A stretch of DNA of 64,000 bases from Patescibacteria group bacterium (GTDB taxonomy: Bacteria; Patescibacteriota; Patescibacteriia; SG8-24; DYFX01). The position numbers and the translations under genes are program-made. The notes beneath the pieces were generated by a model. The model was not told the origin of the DNA, searched no databases, and saw only the letters and a list, made by a program, of their open reading frames with translations. The first letter of the stretch is position 1. Each line of letters begins with the position of its first letter. Location of the stretch: positions 60 to 64,059 of the forward strand of contig JBBTWH010000006.1 of the NCBI GenBank assembly GCA_038062835.1. Reading direction: 5' to 3'. Positions 16,069-25,431 of the stretch are shown in pieces.

Positions 16069-18759
16069 TCACGTCACGGCAAGGGCCGCAACGATCTTCT
16101 TCAGCTCCTCGCGCTTCTCGGCGAGCATCGCGCGGGTCTTATCGACGATGCCCTTGGGCGCGTTGTCGGTGTAGCCGCGGTTGCCGAGCTTGGCTTCGAG
16201 GGACTTCACGAACCCTTCGAGGTTCGCCTTCTCCTTCTCGAGGCGCGCTTTCTCTTTGGCCGGGTCGACCATGCCGGCGAGCGGCAGGCAGGCTTCGATG
16301 CCGCCGACCATGGCGGAAGCCGCGTCCTTGGGCTTCTCCCCCTTCGCAACGATGGTCAGGGTCTCGATGCGCGCGAGCGTGCGGATGACGTCGGAGTTCT
16401 CCTTCAGCAGCTTCGCCTTGGTGCCGGCGATGAGCGTCGCGTCGACGCGTTTGGCGGGCTCCACCTTGTACTCGCTGCGGACGTTGCGGATAGCGCCGAT
16501 CACCTCGCGAATCAGGTCAAAATCTCTTGAGCGCTGGGCCCCGGCCTCCGCCGGGGTGACAACGCGAGGCCAGGACTCGATCATCAGGAACTTCTTGCCC
16601 TTGGCGTTGCCGGCGAGGAGGTCCCAGATGGCTTCCGTCACGAACGGCATGTAGGGATGCCAGAGCTTCAGCACGTTTTCCAGAACGTGGAGCAGGACTT
16701 TTTCGGTGGAAGCCTTGAGCTTCGTATCCTGCATCTGGATCTTGGCGATCTCGAGGTACCAATCGGCGAGCTCGGTCCAGGAGAAGTCGCGGAGCAGTTC
16801 GCCCGCGGGCGAGAACTCGTATTTCTCGATGTGAGCGGAGGCCTGCGCCGTGACGGCTTCGAGGCGCGCGAGGATCCAGCGGTCGGCGAGCGTCTTCGGC
16901 GTCGGCTTCTTGGATTCGCGGCGGACTTTCGAAACGCTCGTGAGGATGAAGCGCGAGACGTTCCAGAGCTTGTTGGTGAAGTTGCGGTAGCCGGCGATCT
17001 TCTCGTCCCAGACCTTGGCGTCGGCGCCGGGTGCCGTGCCGAGCACGAGCGAAAGGCGTACGGCGTCGGTGCCGTACTTCGGGATGACGTCGAGCGGGTC
17101 GAGCACGTTGCCGAGCGACTTCGACATCTTCCTCCCCTGCTCGTCGCGGACGAGGCCGTGGAGGTAGACCGTCTTGAACGGCACCTGTTTCATGACGTAC
17201 GTCGTCATCAGGATCATGCGCGCCACCCAGAAGAACAGGATGTCGTAGCCCGTCTCGAGCACGTCGGTCGGATGGAAACGCTTCAGGTCCGGCGTCTTCT
17301 TCGGCCAGCCGAGCGTGGTGAACGTCCAGGTGCCGGACGAGAACCAGGTGTCGAAGGTGTCGCTGTCCTGCGTCAGTCGCTTGGAACCGCAGCCTTTCGC
17401 GCCACAGACCTTCGGCACCGTGCGGGCGACGGTCACGTGGCGGTCGGGGCAATACCAGGCCGGGATGCGGTGGCCGAACCAGATCTGGCGCGAGACGCAC
17501 CAGTCGCGCAGGTTCTCCATCCAGTGGTAGTAGACCTTCTCGAAGCGCTCCGGGATGATCTTCACCCCGCCCTTCCTCACGGCGTCGAGCGAGAGTTCCT
17601 TGAGCGACTTGCCACGGCCCGGGATTTTCTTGTTCACGTCGACGAACCACTGGAGCGACGTGAGCGGCTCGATGGCGGTCGCGCATCGATAGCAGGCGGA
17701 GAGGTTGTTGGTGAGTTCCTCGACCTTCTCGATGAGGCCTTGGGCTTCCAGGTCCTTCACGAAGGCGTGGCGCGCTTCGAGCACGGTCATGCCCTTGTAC
17801 TTGCCGGCGGTCTCGAGCATGCGGCCGTCCTCGCCGATGACCTTGATGACGGAGAGCTTGTTCTTCTCGGCCATGCGGAAGTCGACGGCGGAGTGCGCAG
17901 GCGTGACGCCGACCAGGCCCGAACCGAAATTCGCGTCGACTTCGTGGTCGCCGATGACGCGGATGGTGAGAGGCTTCGTGCCCTTGCCCCAGTCCAGCTC
18001 GAAGGACTTTCCGATCCACTTCTTGTAGCGCTCATCGGAAGGGTTGGCGGCCACGGCGGTGTCGCCGAGTTTCGTCTCGGGTCGCGTGGTGGCGACGCTG
18101 AAAGGGCCGTACTTCAGGAAGTACAGCTTGGCTTTCTGTTCCTTATATTCCACCTCGTCGTCAGCAAGCGTCGAGGTGCAGCGCACGCACCAGTTCACGA
18201 CGCGCTCGCCGCGATAGACGAGGCCGTCCTCGTACATGCGGTTGAATATCTCGATGACCGCCTCGGAACGCGGCGCGTCGAGCGTGTAGGCCTCGCGCGA
18301 CCAGTCGATGGACGAGCCCATCTTGCGGATCTGGTTGCGGATGCGGTCACGGGACTTTTCCACGAATTCATCAACCCGGCGCAAGAACTCCGTGCGGCCG
18401 AGGTCGTGCCTGGATTTTTTCTCTTGCTCCTGGATGTTCTTCTCGACGCGCGTTTGCGTGGCGATGGAGGCGTGGTCCGTGCCGGGCAACCAGAGCGCCG
18501 CGAAGCCGCGCATGCGCTTGTAGCGGATCATAAGGTCCTGAAGCGCCAGCATGGTCGCATGTCCGACGTGCAACGCTCCGGTCGCGTTGGGCGGAGGCAG
18601 GACGATGGTGAACGGTTTCTTCTTTTTGCCGCCCGGCAGCTTGTCCGGGTCGAAATAGCCGCTTTTCTCCCAACGCGCGTAAATCCCATCCTCCACCTGG
18701 GAGGCGTCGTAGGCTTTGGCGAGTTCGGGCTTTTTCGGACCGCGCAGCATATGAGGCAT
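16069..18759 (-). CDS. valS: Valine--tRNA ligase
   Basis: 'PPPNATGALHVGHA' HIGH region, 'KMSKSLGN', C-terminal coiled coil; start placed at MPHMLRG; carries an in-frame palindromic-element-derived segment at ~16530-16560. Confidence 0.9.
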   Translation of the reverse strand: MPHMLRGPKKPELAKAYDASQVEDGIYARWEKSGYFDPDKLPGGKKKKPFTIVLPPPNATGALHVGHATMLALQDLMIRYKRMRGFAALWLPGTDHASIATQTRVEKNIQEQEKKSRHDLGRTEFLRRVDEFVEKSRDRIRNQIRKMGSSIDWSREAYTLDAPRSEAVIEIFNRMYEDGLVYRGERVVNWCVRCTSTLADDEVEYKEQKAKLYFLKYGPFSVATTRPETKLGDTAVAANPSDERYKKWIGKSFELDWGKGTKPLTIRVIGDHEVDANFGSGLVGVTPAHSAVDFRMAEKNKLSVIKVIGEDGRMLETAGKYKGMTVLEARHAFVKDLEAQGLIEKVEELTNNLSACYRCATAIEPLTSLQWFVDVNKKIPGRGKSLKELSLDAVRKGGVKIIPERFEKVYYHWMENLRDWCVSRQIWFGHRIPAWYCPDRHVTVARTVPKVCGAKGCGSKRLTQDSDTFDTWFSSGTWTFTTLGWPKKTPDLKRFHPTDVLETGYDILFFWVARMILMTTYVMKQVPFKTVYLHGLVRDEQGRKMSKSLGNVLDPLDVIPKYGTDAVRLSLVLGTAPGADAKVWDEKIAGYRNFTNKLWNVSRFILTSVSKVRRESKKPTPKTLADRWILARLEAVTAQASAHIEKYEFSPAGELLRDFSWTELADWYLEIAKIQMQDTKLKASTEKVLLHVLENVLKLWHPYMPFVTEAIWDLLAGNAKGKKFLMIESWPRVVTPAEAGAQRSRDFDLIREVIGAIRNVRSEYKVEPAKRVDATLIAGTKAKLLKENSDVIRTLARIETLTIVAKGEKPKDAASAMVGGIEACLPLAGMVDPAKEKARLEKEKANLEGFVKSLEAKLGNRGYTDNAPKGIVDKTRAMLAEKREELKKIVAALAVT

Positions 18760-18896
18760 CCTAGCGCGACGGAGCGCACGCTTCAAGCGTGGGAGCGTGT
18801 CGTCGTGGAACCGGTTATCGACGCGTGAATTCCGGAAAAAGCAGAAGGGACCCTGGAGAGGGTCCCTGGAAGGGGGTCGTGCGGGGTGGTTCAGAG

Positions 18897-19340
18897 CTAA
18901 TGGCGGAGCAGATTGACGCAGTCGGGGATGCCGTCGGCAGGGTTCACGTCCTTCGCCCAACCGAGCCGGTTGGCGAAGATGTACCGAATGCCGGGGCTGA
19001 CCCCGTACTGCTGCTCGTAGGTCCTATCCCCGCCCATACAGGCGATGATCTGACTGGCGTTGCAGCCGTCGGCCGTCGTCGTGCCGTCGCCCAGGCGGTT
19101 CGGACGAAGCGTTCCGCTGGTCGGGACCGGCCCGTTCAGGTCGGTGCCGAGGCAGACGTCGGTGAGGGCGGCGGCGGCGGTGGCGGTGGCGAATATGAAG
19201 CGGTCACAGACGTCCACGAGGATACGGACGGAGACGGCCAAGAGCGTGCCGAGGGCGGCTCCAACCGCCATCGCCGCCATCACCCTGAGCACGTGCACGT
19301 GGGGACGGTCGGGAATCTCGACGGACTTGCGAAGGATCAT
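18897..19340 (-). CDS. Hypothetical exported/membrane-anchored protein
   Basis: N-terminal hydrophobic segment; terminator downstream on minus strand (GGGACCCTCTCCAGGGTCCC + T-run). Confidence 0.35.
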   Translation of the reverse strand: MILRKSVEIPDRPHVHVLRVMAAMAVGAALGTLLAVSVRILVDVCDRFIFATATAAAALTDVCLGTDLNGPVPTSGTLRPNRLGDGTTTADGCNASQIIACMGGDRTYEQQYGVSPGIRYIFANRLGWAKDVNPADGIPDCVNLLRH

Positions 19341-19545
19341 CGGAAATCTCCTCTTGTTCGGACGTTGGACGATCGATTTTCCCTCTCGAACCCCTGAACA
19401 TGGTCATGGTCTCGAGATGAAGCCAGCACCATAGCAGATTCTCAGATGCCTGTCAATACGGACATGGAGCGCACGGTCCTTGACAAAGAGCCGTTTTTCG
19501 TATATGGTCGAGCGTTCGTGCCTGTCGCAGGCAAGGGAGGAATAC

Positions 19546-20187
19546 ATGCAAACCCGTTCAGCCAACCGCTTCGTCTACGCGACGCTCATCGACCTCGGCT
19601 TCGATCCCAATGACCCGGAAATCCTGCTCGAAACGGGCTTGGATCATCCGGTCGATTGGGACGCCGTCGACGCCGAAGGAGGCGTCATCTGCAAGCGCCT
19701 GGACTTCGTCCTGACCGTCGATCACGCCAGATTCGGCGGCGAACCCATCGGCATCCACTTCGTCTACTCGCGCGTCGTGCGCGACCATGGCGTGCACGGC
19801 GGCCTGTACGTCTACGCGCTCGGGCTGCGCCCGACGCGCGACAAGGACGGGCGCGATTGCGACCGCCTCGCGCTCGAGACGGCCGTGAACGAATCCCGCA
19901 ACGTGCGCGGCCGCAGCTGGTGCGCCGACATCGGGCAGGTGAAGATCTCATGGCGCCATGCCCCGAAGGACGTCATCTGCGTCGACAACGGCGCCTTCGA
20001 GCCCGAAGCGCCCGACGCGGAGAAGCCTCGCGCCACGGAAGACGAGATCATGCGCGCCTGCGCGGACTTCGACTCATTCTGCGACGGCATCGAAGCGCCT
20101 GAGCTCGTGACGATCCCGCTCGACGAGCGCAGCATCGAGTTCGACATCGATTTCGCCCACGCGCTATCGACAGATCCTCCGCCTTGA
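19546..20187 (+). CDS. Hypothetical protein
   Basis: AGGGAGG RBS before ATG (MQTRSANRF...); TTGACA promoter at ~19472. Confidence 0.45.
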   Translation: MQTRSANRFVYATLIDLGFDPNDPEILLETGLDHPVDWDAVDAEGGVICKRLDFVLTVDHARFGGEPIGIHFVYSRVVRDHGVHGGLYVYALGLRPTRDKDGRDCDRLALETAVNESRNVRGRSWCADIGQVKISWRHAPKDVICVDNGAFEPEAPDAEKPRATEDEIMRACADFDSFCDGIEAPELVTIPLDERSIEFDIDFAHALSTDPPP

Positions 20188-20194
20188 ACGCGAA

Positions 20195-20275
20195 GCCCCG
20201 ACCTTCATCTCGAAGGCGGGGCGTTTTTAATATGGGACGGCCGATAAAAAACCGCCCCGACGTACGTCCGGGCGG
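20195..20275. terminator. Back-to-back terminators between convergent genes
   Basis: GCCCCGACC..GGCGGGGC+TTTTT and AAAAAACCGCCCCGACGTACGTCCGGGCGG+TCTTTT. Confidence 0.6.
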
Positions 20276-20287
20276 TCTTTTCTTTCC

Positions 20288-21046
20288 TTACTGGAGCATC
20301 GAGTCGACGATCTGCTTCACGGACTCGTACGGGAGGGCGCCCGGGATGAGCTCCTGCTCGCCGTTCGGACCGAGCACGATCGAGCCGGGGGTGCCGGTCA
20401 CGCCCGCCGCTTCGCCGCCGGCCAGGTCGGAGGCGACGCGCGCGGCGTACTTGCCGGAGGCGACGCAGTCGTTGAACTTCTTGATGTCCTTCACGCCGGC
20501 TTCCTGCGCGAGACCGGCAAGCTGGGCCACGGCGAGGCCGGAAGCCTGCTTCTCGAACATCTTGTCGGTCATCTCCCAGAACTTGCCCTGCTCAGAGGCG
20601 CACTCGGCGGCTTCGGCGGCCTTCTGCGCGTCAGGATGGATCGAGGTGAGCGGGAAGTGGCGGAAGACCCAGCGGACCTTGCCCTTATACTCGCTCATCA
20701 GCTGGACGAGCGTCGGGTGGAAACGCGAGCAGAACGGGCACTGGTAGTCGGAGTATTCGACGATGGTGATATCGGCGTTCTTGTCGCCGCGGATGTGGTC
20801 CTGGTCGGTGACCGGCGCGACGGGGCCGGCGGTCGGCTCGCCGCCGAGCGACGGGTCGGTCGGGGCGGAGGGCTGCGTCGGGGCGCCGACGCGCGCCGAA
20901 CCTGAGAACCAGCCGGAGGAGTCGACGCCCTTGGCGACCATCATGACGAAACCGAGCGCGGCAATGGCGAGGACGCCGGCAGCGACGCCCGCGAGGAATA
21001 TCTGCTTGGCGGTGAGCTGCATCGAGAACTTAGATTCGTTGTCCAT
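20288..21046 (-). CDS. DsbA-family thiol:disulfide oxidoreductase, membrane-anchored
   Basis: 'YSDYQCPFCSRF' CPFC active site; N-terminal TM. Confidence 0.7.
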   Translation of the reverse strand: MDNESKFSMQLTAKQIFLAGVAAGVLAIAALGFVMMVAKGVDSSGWFSGSARVGAPTQPSAPTDPSLGGEPTAGPVAPVTDQDHIRGDKNADITIVEYSDYQCPFCSRFHPTLVQLMSEYKGKVRWVFRHFPLTSIHPDAQKAAEAAECASEQGKFWEMTDKMFEKQASGLAVAQLAGLAQEAGVKDIKKFNDCVASGKYAARVASDLAGGEAAGVTGTPGSIVLGPNGEQELIPGALPYESVKQIVDSMLQ

Positions 21047-21088
21047 ATTATAGGTGAATGGATAGAGGCGTGCGCGTCACGCAAGCCT

Positions 21089-21454
21089 CTAGGCGTCGCG
21101 AAGCGCGGCGAAAGCGGGAAGCCTCGGCGGATCTTCCGTGACGAACGGCAGCGTGCCGGTCATGGCGCGTATGGAGCCGCGTAGCCGCGCGTGCGCGGCC
21201 GCGAGGACGGCGCGGACAAGGACGCTCGCTGCGAAGATCGCCGGCAGAGCGACCGGGAACCGGGAGACGCCTTCCGCCGGCAGCAGCTCGAGCTTCGACA
21301 GGTCGGCCTGAGCCTTGAACATCTTATGTTCCTGGCACGAGAGCGGCGCGGCGACCGAGCTGAAGAAGCCTGGATCGGCCGTCAGGCACGGCATGACCAG
21401 GAAGGACGCGACCAGCAGGAAGAGGAAGGCGCCGAGCACGGCCTTGGCCAGCAT
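21089..21454 (-). CDS. Hypothetical small membrane protein
   Basis: Hydrophobic N-terminus; weak. Confidence 0.3.
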   Translation of the reverse strand: MLAKAVLGAFLFLLVASFLVMPCLTADPGFFSSVAAPLSCQEHKMFKAQADLSKLELLPAEGVSRFPVALPAIFAASVLVRAVLAAAHARLRGSIRAMTGTLPFVTEDPPRLPAFAALRDA

Positions 21455-21532
21455 CCTGACATTCCCATCATGTGGATGAATCCCCATATGCCACGTCAGT
21501 ATACATGACGACGGCCAACGCGGCCTTTTTCA

Positions 21533-23622
21533 TCAGGAAACGAGGCTCTTGCGACGCAGGGAGATGGCGTTGACCGCTACGATGACGGTGCTCATCGACA
21601 TGAGAAGGGCGGCGAGCGCCGGTTGGAGCAGGATGCCGCGGTATGCCAGGACGCCAGCCGCGAGCGGCAGGGCCACGACGTTGTAGCCGGTGGCCCAAAA
21701 GAGGTTCTGGATCATCTTGGCGTACGTCAGGCGCGAAAGCCGGATGACCTTCGGGATGTCGCGGGGATCGTCCTTGAACAGGATGATGCCGGCCGACTCG
21801 ATGGCGACGTTGGTGCCCGCGCCGATGGCGATGCCGAGGTCGGCCTGCGTGAGCGCGGGCGCGTCGTTGATGCCGTCCCCCACCATCGCGACCTTCATCC
21901 CTTTCCCTTGGAGCAGCTTGACCTTCTCCGCCTTCTCCTCCGGCAGGACGCGCGCGAAGACCTCGTCGATGCCGAGTTCCTTGCCGACCCAAGCCGCGAC
22001 GTCCTCCGAATCGCCGGTGACCATGGCGACCTTGATGCCCATGCCCTTGAGGAGCTTCACCGCTTCGCGGGATTCCTCCCGGATGACGTCCGAAAGCGCG
22101 ATGGCGCCCAAGACGGCATCGCCTTCAAGGACGTACACGATGGTCTTGCCCTTCCGGCTTTCCTCCTCGAGGCCTTCCATCCGCCTCACGGGTTCGCGCA
22201 TGGAAGCGCCGAGAGCCGTCGAGCCGCCGACCGCGATGGCGCGCCCTCCGACCGTCGCCTTCACGCCTTTGCCGGGCACGCGTGCGAAACCTTCCGCCGA
22301 CGGGATCGCGATTCCTTTCTCCATCGCCGCGGCGACGATCGCCCTGGCGGCGACGTGTTCCGACGATGCGTCGACGGCGGCGGCGAGCGTGAGGACGTCG
22401 TCCTCCTTACCCGTCTCGGCCGCCCAGACGCGGTCGACGCCGTACTCCCCCTTCGTCAGCGTCCCGGTCTTGTCGAAGAGCACGACATCGACGTCGCGCG
22501 CGGCCTCGAGCGCCAACCTCTGCTTGATCAGGAAGCCGCTCTTGGCGGCCATCATGGTCGAGATGGAAGCGACGAGCGGCACGGCCAGGCCGAGGGCGTG
22601 CGGACAGGCGATGACCAGCACCGCGACCATGCGTTCGACGGCGACGGCCGGCGTCGCGGAAGCCAGCCAGGCGGCCAGCGTGACGAGGCCCGCGCCGACG
22701 GCCACGTACGTCAGGACCATGGCGGCGCGGTCCGAAAGCATCTGCAGCTTCGATTTCGACGCCTGCGCCTCGGCGACCAAACGCATCACGCCGGCCAGGA
22801 AGGTCTTCTCGCCGACGCCGATCACGCGGACCGTCAGGGCGCCGTCGCCGTTCACGGTCCCGGCGATGACGCGCGCGCCCTTGCCTTTCCGGACCGGGCG
22901 CGATTCTCCGGAGACCGCCGCCTCGTTGACGTCGGACTCGCCGTCCTCGACCTCGCCGTCGGCGGCGATCTGGCCGCCGGGACGCGCGATGAAACGGTCG
23001 CCTTCGCGGAGGTCCGAAAGCGGGATCTTCGCCGTCACGACACCACGCATGACTTCGACCTCGTCGGGCAGGAGCTTGGCGAGTTCCTTGAGCGCCCCGC
23101 TGGTACTGCTGACCGCCCGCATCTCGAGCCAATGGCCGAGCAGCATGACGGTGATGAGCGTCGTCAGTTCCCAGTAGAGCGTCTCCATGCCGCCCGTGAG
23201 GGTCATCCAGAGGCTGAAGGCGTAGGCGGCGATCACGGCCAGCGAGATGAGCGTCATCATGCCGGGCTTCCGGCCGCGCAGTTCGCGGGCGGCGCCGATC
23301 AGGAAGACCCAGCCGCCGTAGAAGAAGACGGCCGAGGCGAGGACGGCCGGGACATAGGCCGAACCGGAAAAAGCCGGCGGCCGCCAGCTGGAGAGCGTCG
23401 GGACGATCTCCGAATACAGCACGACCGGCACGGTCAGGACCAAGCTGACCCAGAACTTCCGCGCGAACATCATCGTCGAGTGGCCTTCGTGCTTGTCTGC
23501 CGCGGCATGCGCGTCATGCGTCTTCTTCTCCTTCACGGGCACGAGCTCCATCCCGCATTCGGGACAGCGGCCTTCGCGGTCGCGTCGGACTTCGGGATGC
23601 ATCGGGCAGGCGTAGGTCATAT
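21533..23622 (-). CDS. copA: Copper-translocating P1B-type ATPase with N-terminal Cys-rich metal-binding region
   Basis: 'CPH' in TM6, 'DKTGTLT', 'GDGINDAP'; N-terminal 'CPMHPEVRRDREGRCPECG'; start at MTYACPMHPE. Confidence 0.85.
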
Positions 23623-23666
23623 GCTGGAAGTATAGCAAAACCCGCCGTGAGGCGGGTTTTGCGGCA

Positions 23667-23870
23667 TCATTGGCCCTTATTGTCGACGCCGAGCGCGTCG
23701 TGGATCCAGCACCAGCCGAGGAAGGCCTCGACGAGCGCGATCCAGCCGATGACGAAGATTCCCCAGTCGGCCCAGGCATACGGATAGTCCGGCGCCCACG
23801 GACCGAGCCACCAGAACGCCAGCGCGAACCTCAGGATACGATCCAACTTGCCGAGATTGTTCTTGATCAT
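23667..23870 (-). CDS. Small membrane protein (DUF2892/YgaP-like)
   Basis: 67 aa, two hydrophobic helices, Trp-rich. Confidence 0.35.
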   Translation of the reverse strand: MIKNNLGKLDRILRFALAFWWLGPWAPDYPYAWADWGIFVIGWIALVEAFLGWCWIHDALGVDNKGQ

Positions 23871-23890
23871 GCGTGCGGATGAAAAATTAT

Positions 23891-25420
23891 TTATTCCTCG
23901 ACGCGGATCTTGGTCATGAGGCCATGCTCCTCATGCTCAAGATTGTGGCAGTGCAGGACCCAGTCGCCCGGGTTGTCGGCCAGGACCGCGACGTCGACGG
24001 ACTCGTTCGGACGGACGACGACCGTGTCCTGACGATAGGCCTGCCCGACCGGCGAACCGTCCCGGGCGATCACCGTCATGAACATGCCGTGCAGATGCAT
24101 CTGATGCGACATCGGCGTGCCGTTCATGAATCTGATCTTGACCCAGGTGCCTCGGCTGAATCGCGCGAGCGGCTGACCGGGATCCTCCATGTCGAACGGG
24201 ACGCCGTTGATCGTCCAGGTCGTCGGGTCCATCATCCGGTCGGTCCCGACCGCGACGACGGCGTCAGGCGCGCGCTTCGAGAGGTCCAGGGGCGCGGGCG
24301 CGTCGGAGACGAACACGGGTTCCGCTCCGGCTTGACCGAAGACGTTCACGGGGATGCGCAGGCTTCCCGTCTCGCGTTTCTCGACGAGCGCCCACGGCTT
24401 GCCGTCCCCGTCGCGCAGGAGCACGTCGAAGCGCTTGGCGGGCGTGAGCGTCAGCGTGCCGGTCCGGACGGGCTTCGCGAGCGGCGTGCCGTCGACCGCG
24501 ACGATCTCCAGCAGGCGGCCGTCGTCGGCCTTCAGCTCATGCGCCATCGCGTTCGAGGCGTTGATGAGCCGCAGGAGGCGCGTCCCGCCTTCCGGCACGG
24601 TGATCGGCGCGACGGCGTCTCCGGCCTTGCCGTTCGCCGTGAGCGTGTCGCCGTAGCGTCCGTTGATCTCCGGCGCGAAGCCATGGTCCATCATCCCCTC
24701 GTGCTGCATCCCGCCCATCATCATGCCGTTCGGCATCATGTGCCGTGCCCCGCCGGTCGGAGGGCGCGTCGCTTCGGAGACGGAATCGAGCAGGTTGTCG
24801 GTCTCCGATTCCTGGTACGTGTACTTCGTGGCCAGCCGTTTGCCGGAAGCGTCGAGCAGCCAGTCATCGAGCGCTACGACGGCGTCGGGGACCGCGCCCT
24901 CCGCGGGTTCGACGATGAACGGGCCGTACAGGCCTCGGTCGACCTGGTCGTCCGTGTCCACGTGCGAGTGATAGAAGAACGTGCCGGCGTCGGGGACGAT
25001 GAAGTCGTAGACGAACGAGCCGCCCGGCGGGACGGGATCCTGGCTCACGTACGGCACGCCGTCCATGCCGGCGGGCACGCGTACGCCGTGCCAATGGATG
25101 GTCGTCGGTTCATCGAGTTTGTTGACGAGCGTCACCTTCACTCGGTCGCCTCGCTTCAGGCGGATTTCCGGACCAGGAATCTGACCGTTGTAGGCGTAGG
25201 CATCGGTGGTGAAGCCTGGACGCAGCTCCCATCGCACGGGCGCGGCCGTCAGTTCGTAGGTGCGCGTCTCGCCTGTCGCCTGGACCTGCGGCCCCGATGC
25301 CGCCGGGGATTCCGGCGGCGGGGCGGGGCGGCGGAAGGCGAAGGCTGAAATCGCGATCAGCGCGACGCAAGCGAGCATGTGCCAATGGTAGCCGTGTCTT
25401 TTCATGGGAGCGTGACTCAT
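23891..25420 (-). CDS. Multicopper oxidase (CueO/CopA-like)
   Basis: 'HWHG' and 'HCHNLEHEEHGLM' copper-binding motifs; N-terminal signal. Confidence 0.85.
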   Translation of the reverse strand: MSHAPMKRHGYHWHMLACVALIAISAFAFRRPAPPPESPAASGPQVQATGETRTYELTAAPVRWELRPGFTTDAYAYNGQIPGPEIRLKRGDRVKVTLVNKLDEPTTIHWHGVRVPAGMDGVPYVSQDPVPPGGSFVYDFIVPDAGTFFYHSHVDTDDQVDRGLYGPFIVEPAEGAVPDAVVALDDWLLDASGKRLATKYTYQESETDNLLDSVSEATRPPTGGARHMMPNGMMMGGMQHEGMMDHGFAPEINGRYGDTLTANGKAGDAVAPITVPEGGTRLLRLINASNAMAHELKADDGRLLEIVAVDGTPLAKPVRTGTLTLTPAKRFDVLLRDGDGKPWALVEKRETGSLRIPVNVFGQAGAEPVFVSDAPAPLDLSKRAPDAVVAVGTDRMMDPTTWTINGVPFDMEDPGQPLARFSRGTWVKIRFMNGTPMSHQMHLHGMFMTVIARDGSPVGQAYRQDTVVVRPNESVDVAVLADNPGDWVLHCHNLEHEEHGLMTKIRVEE

Positions 25421-25431
25421 GGGAAAAGGGC

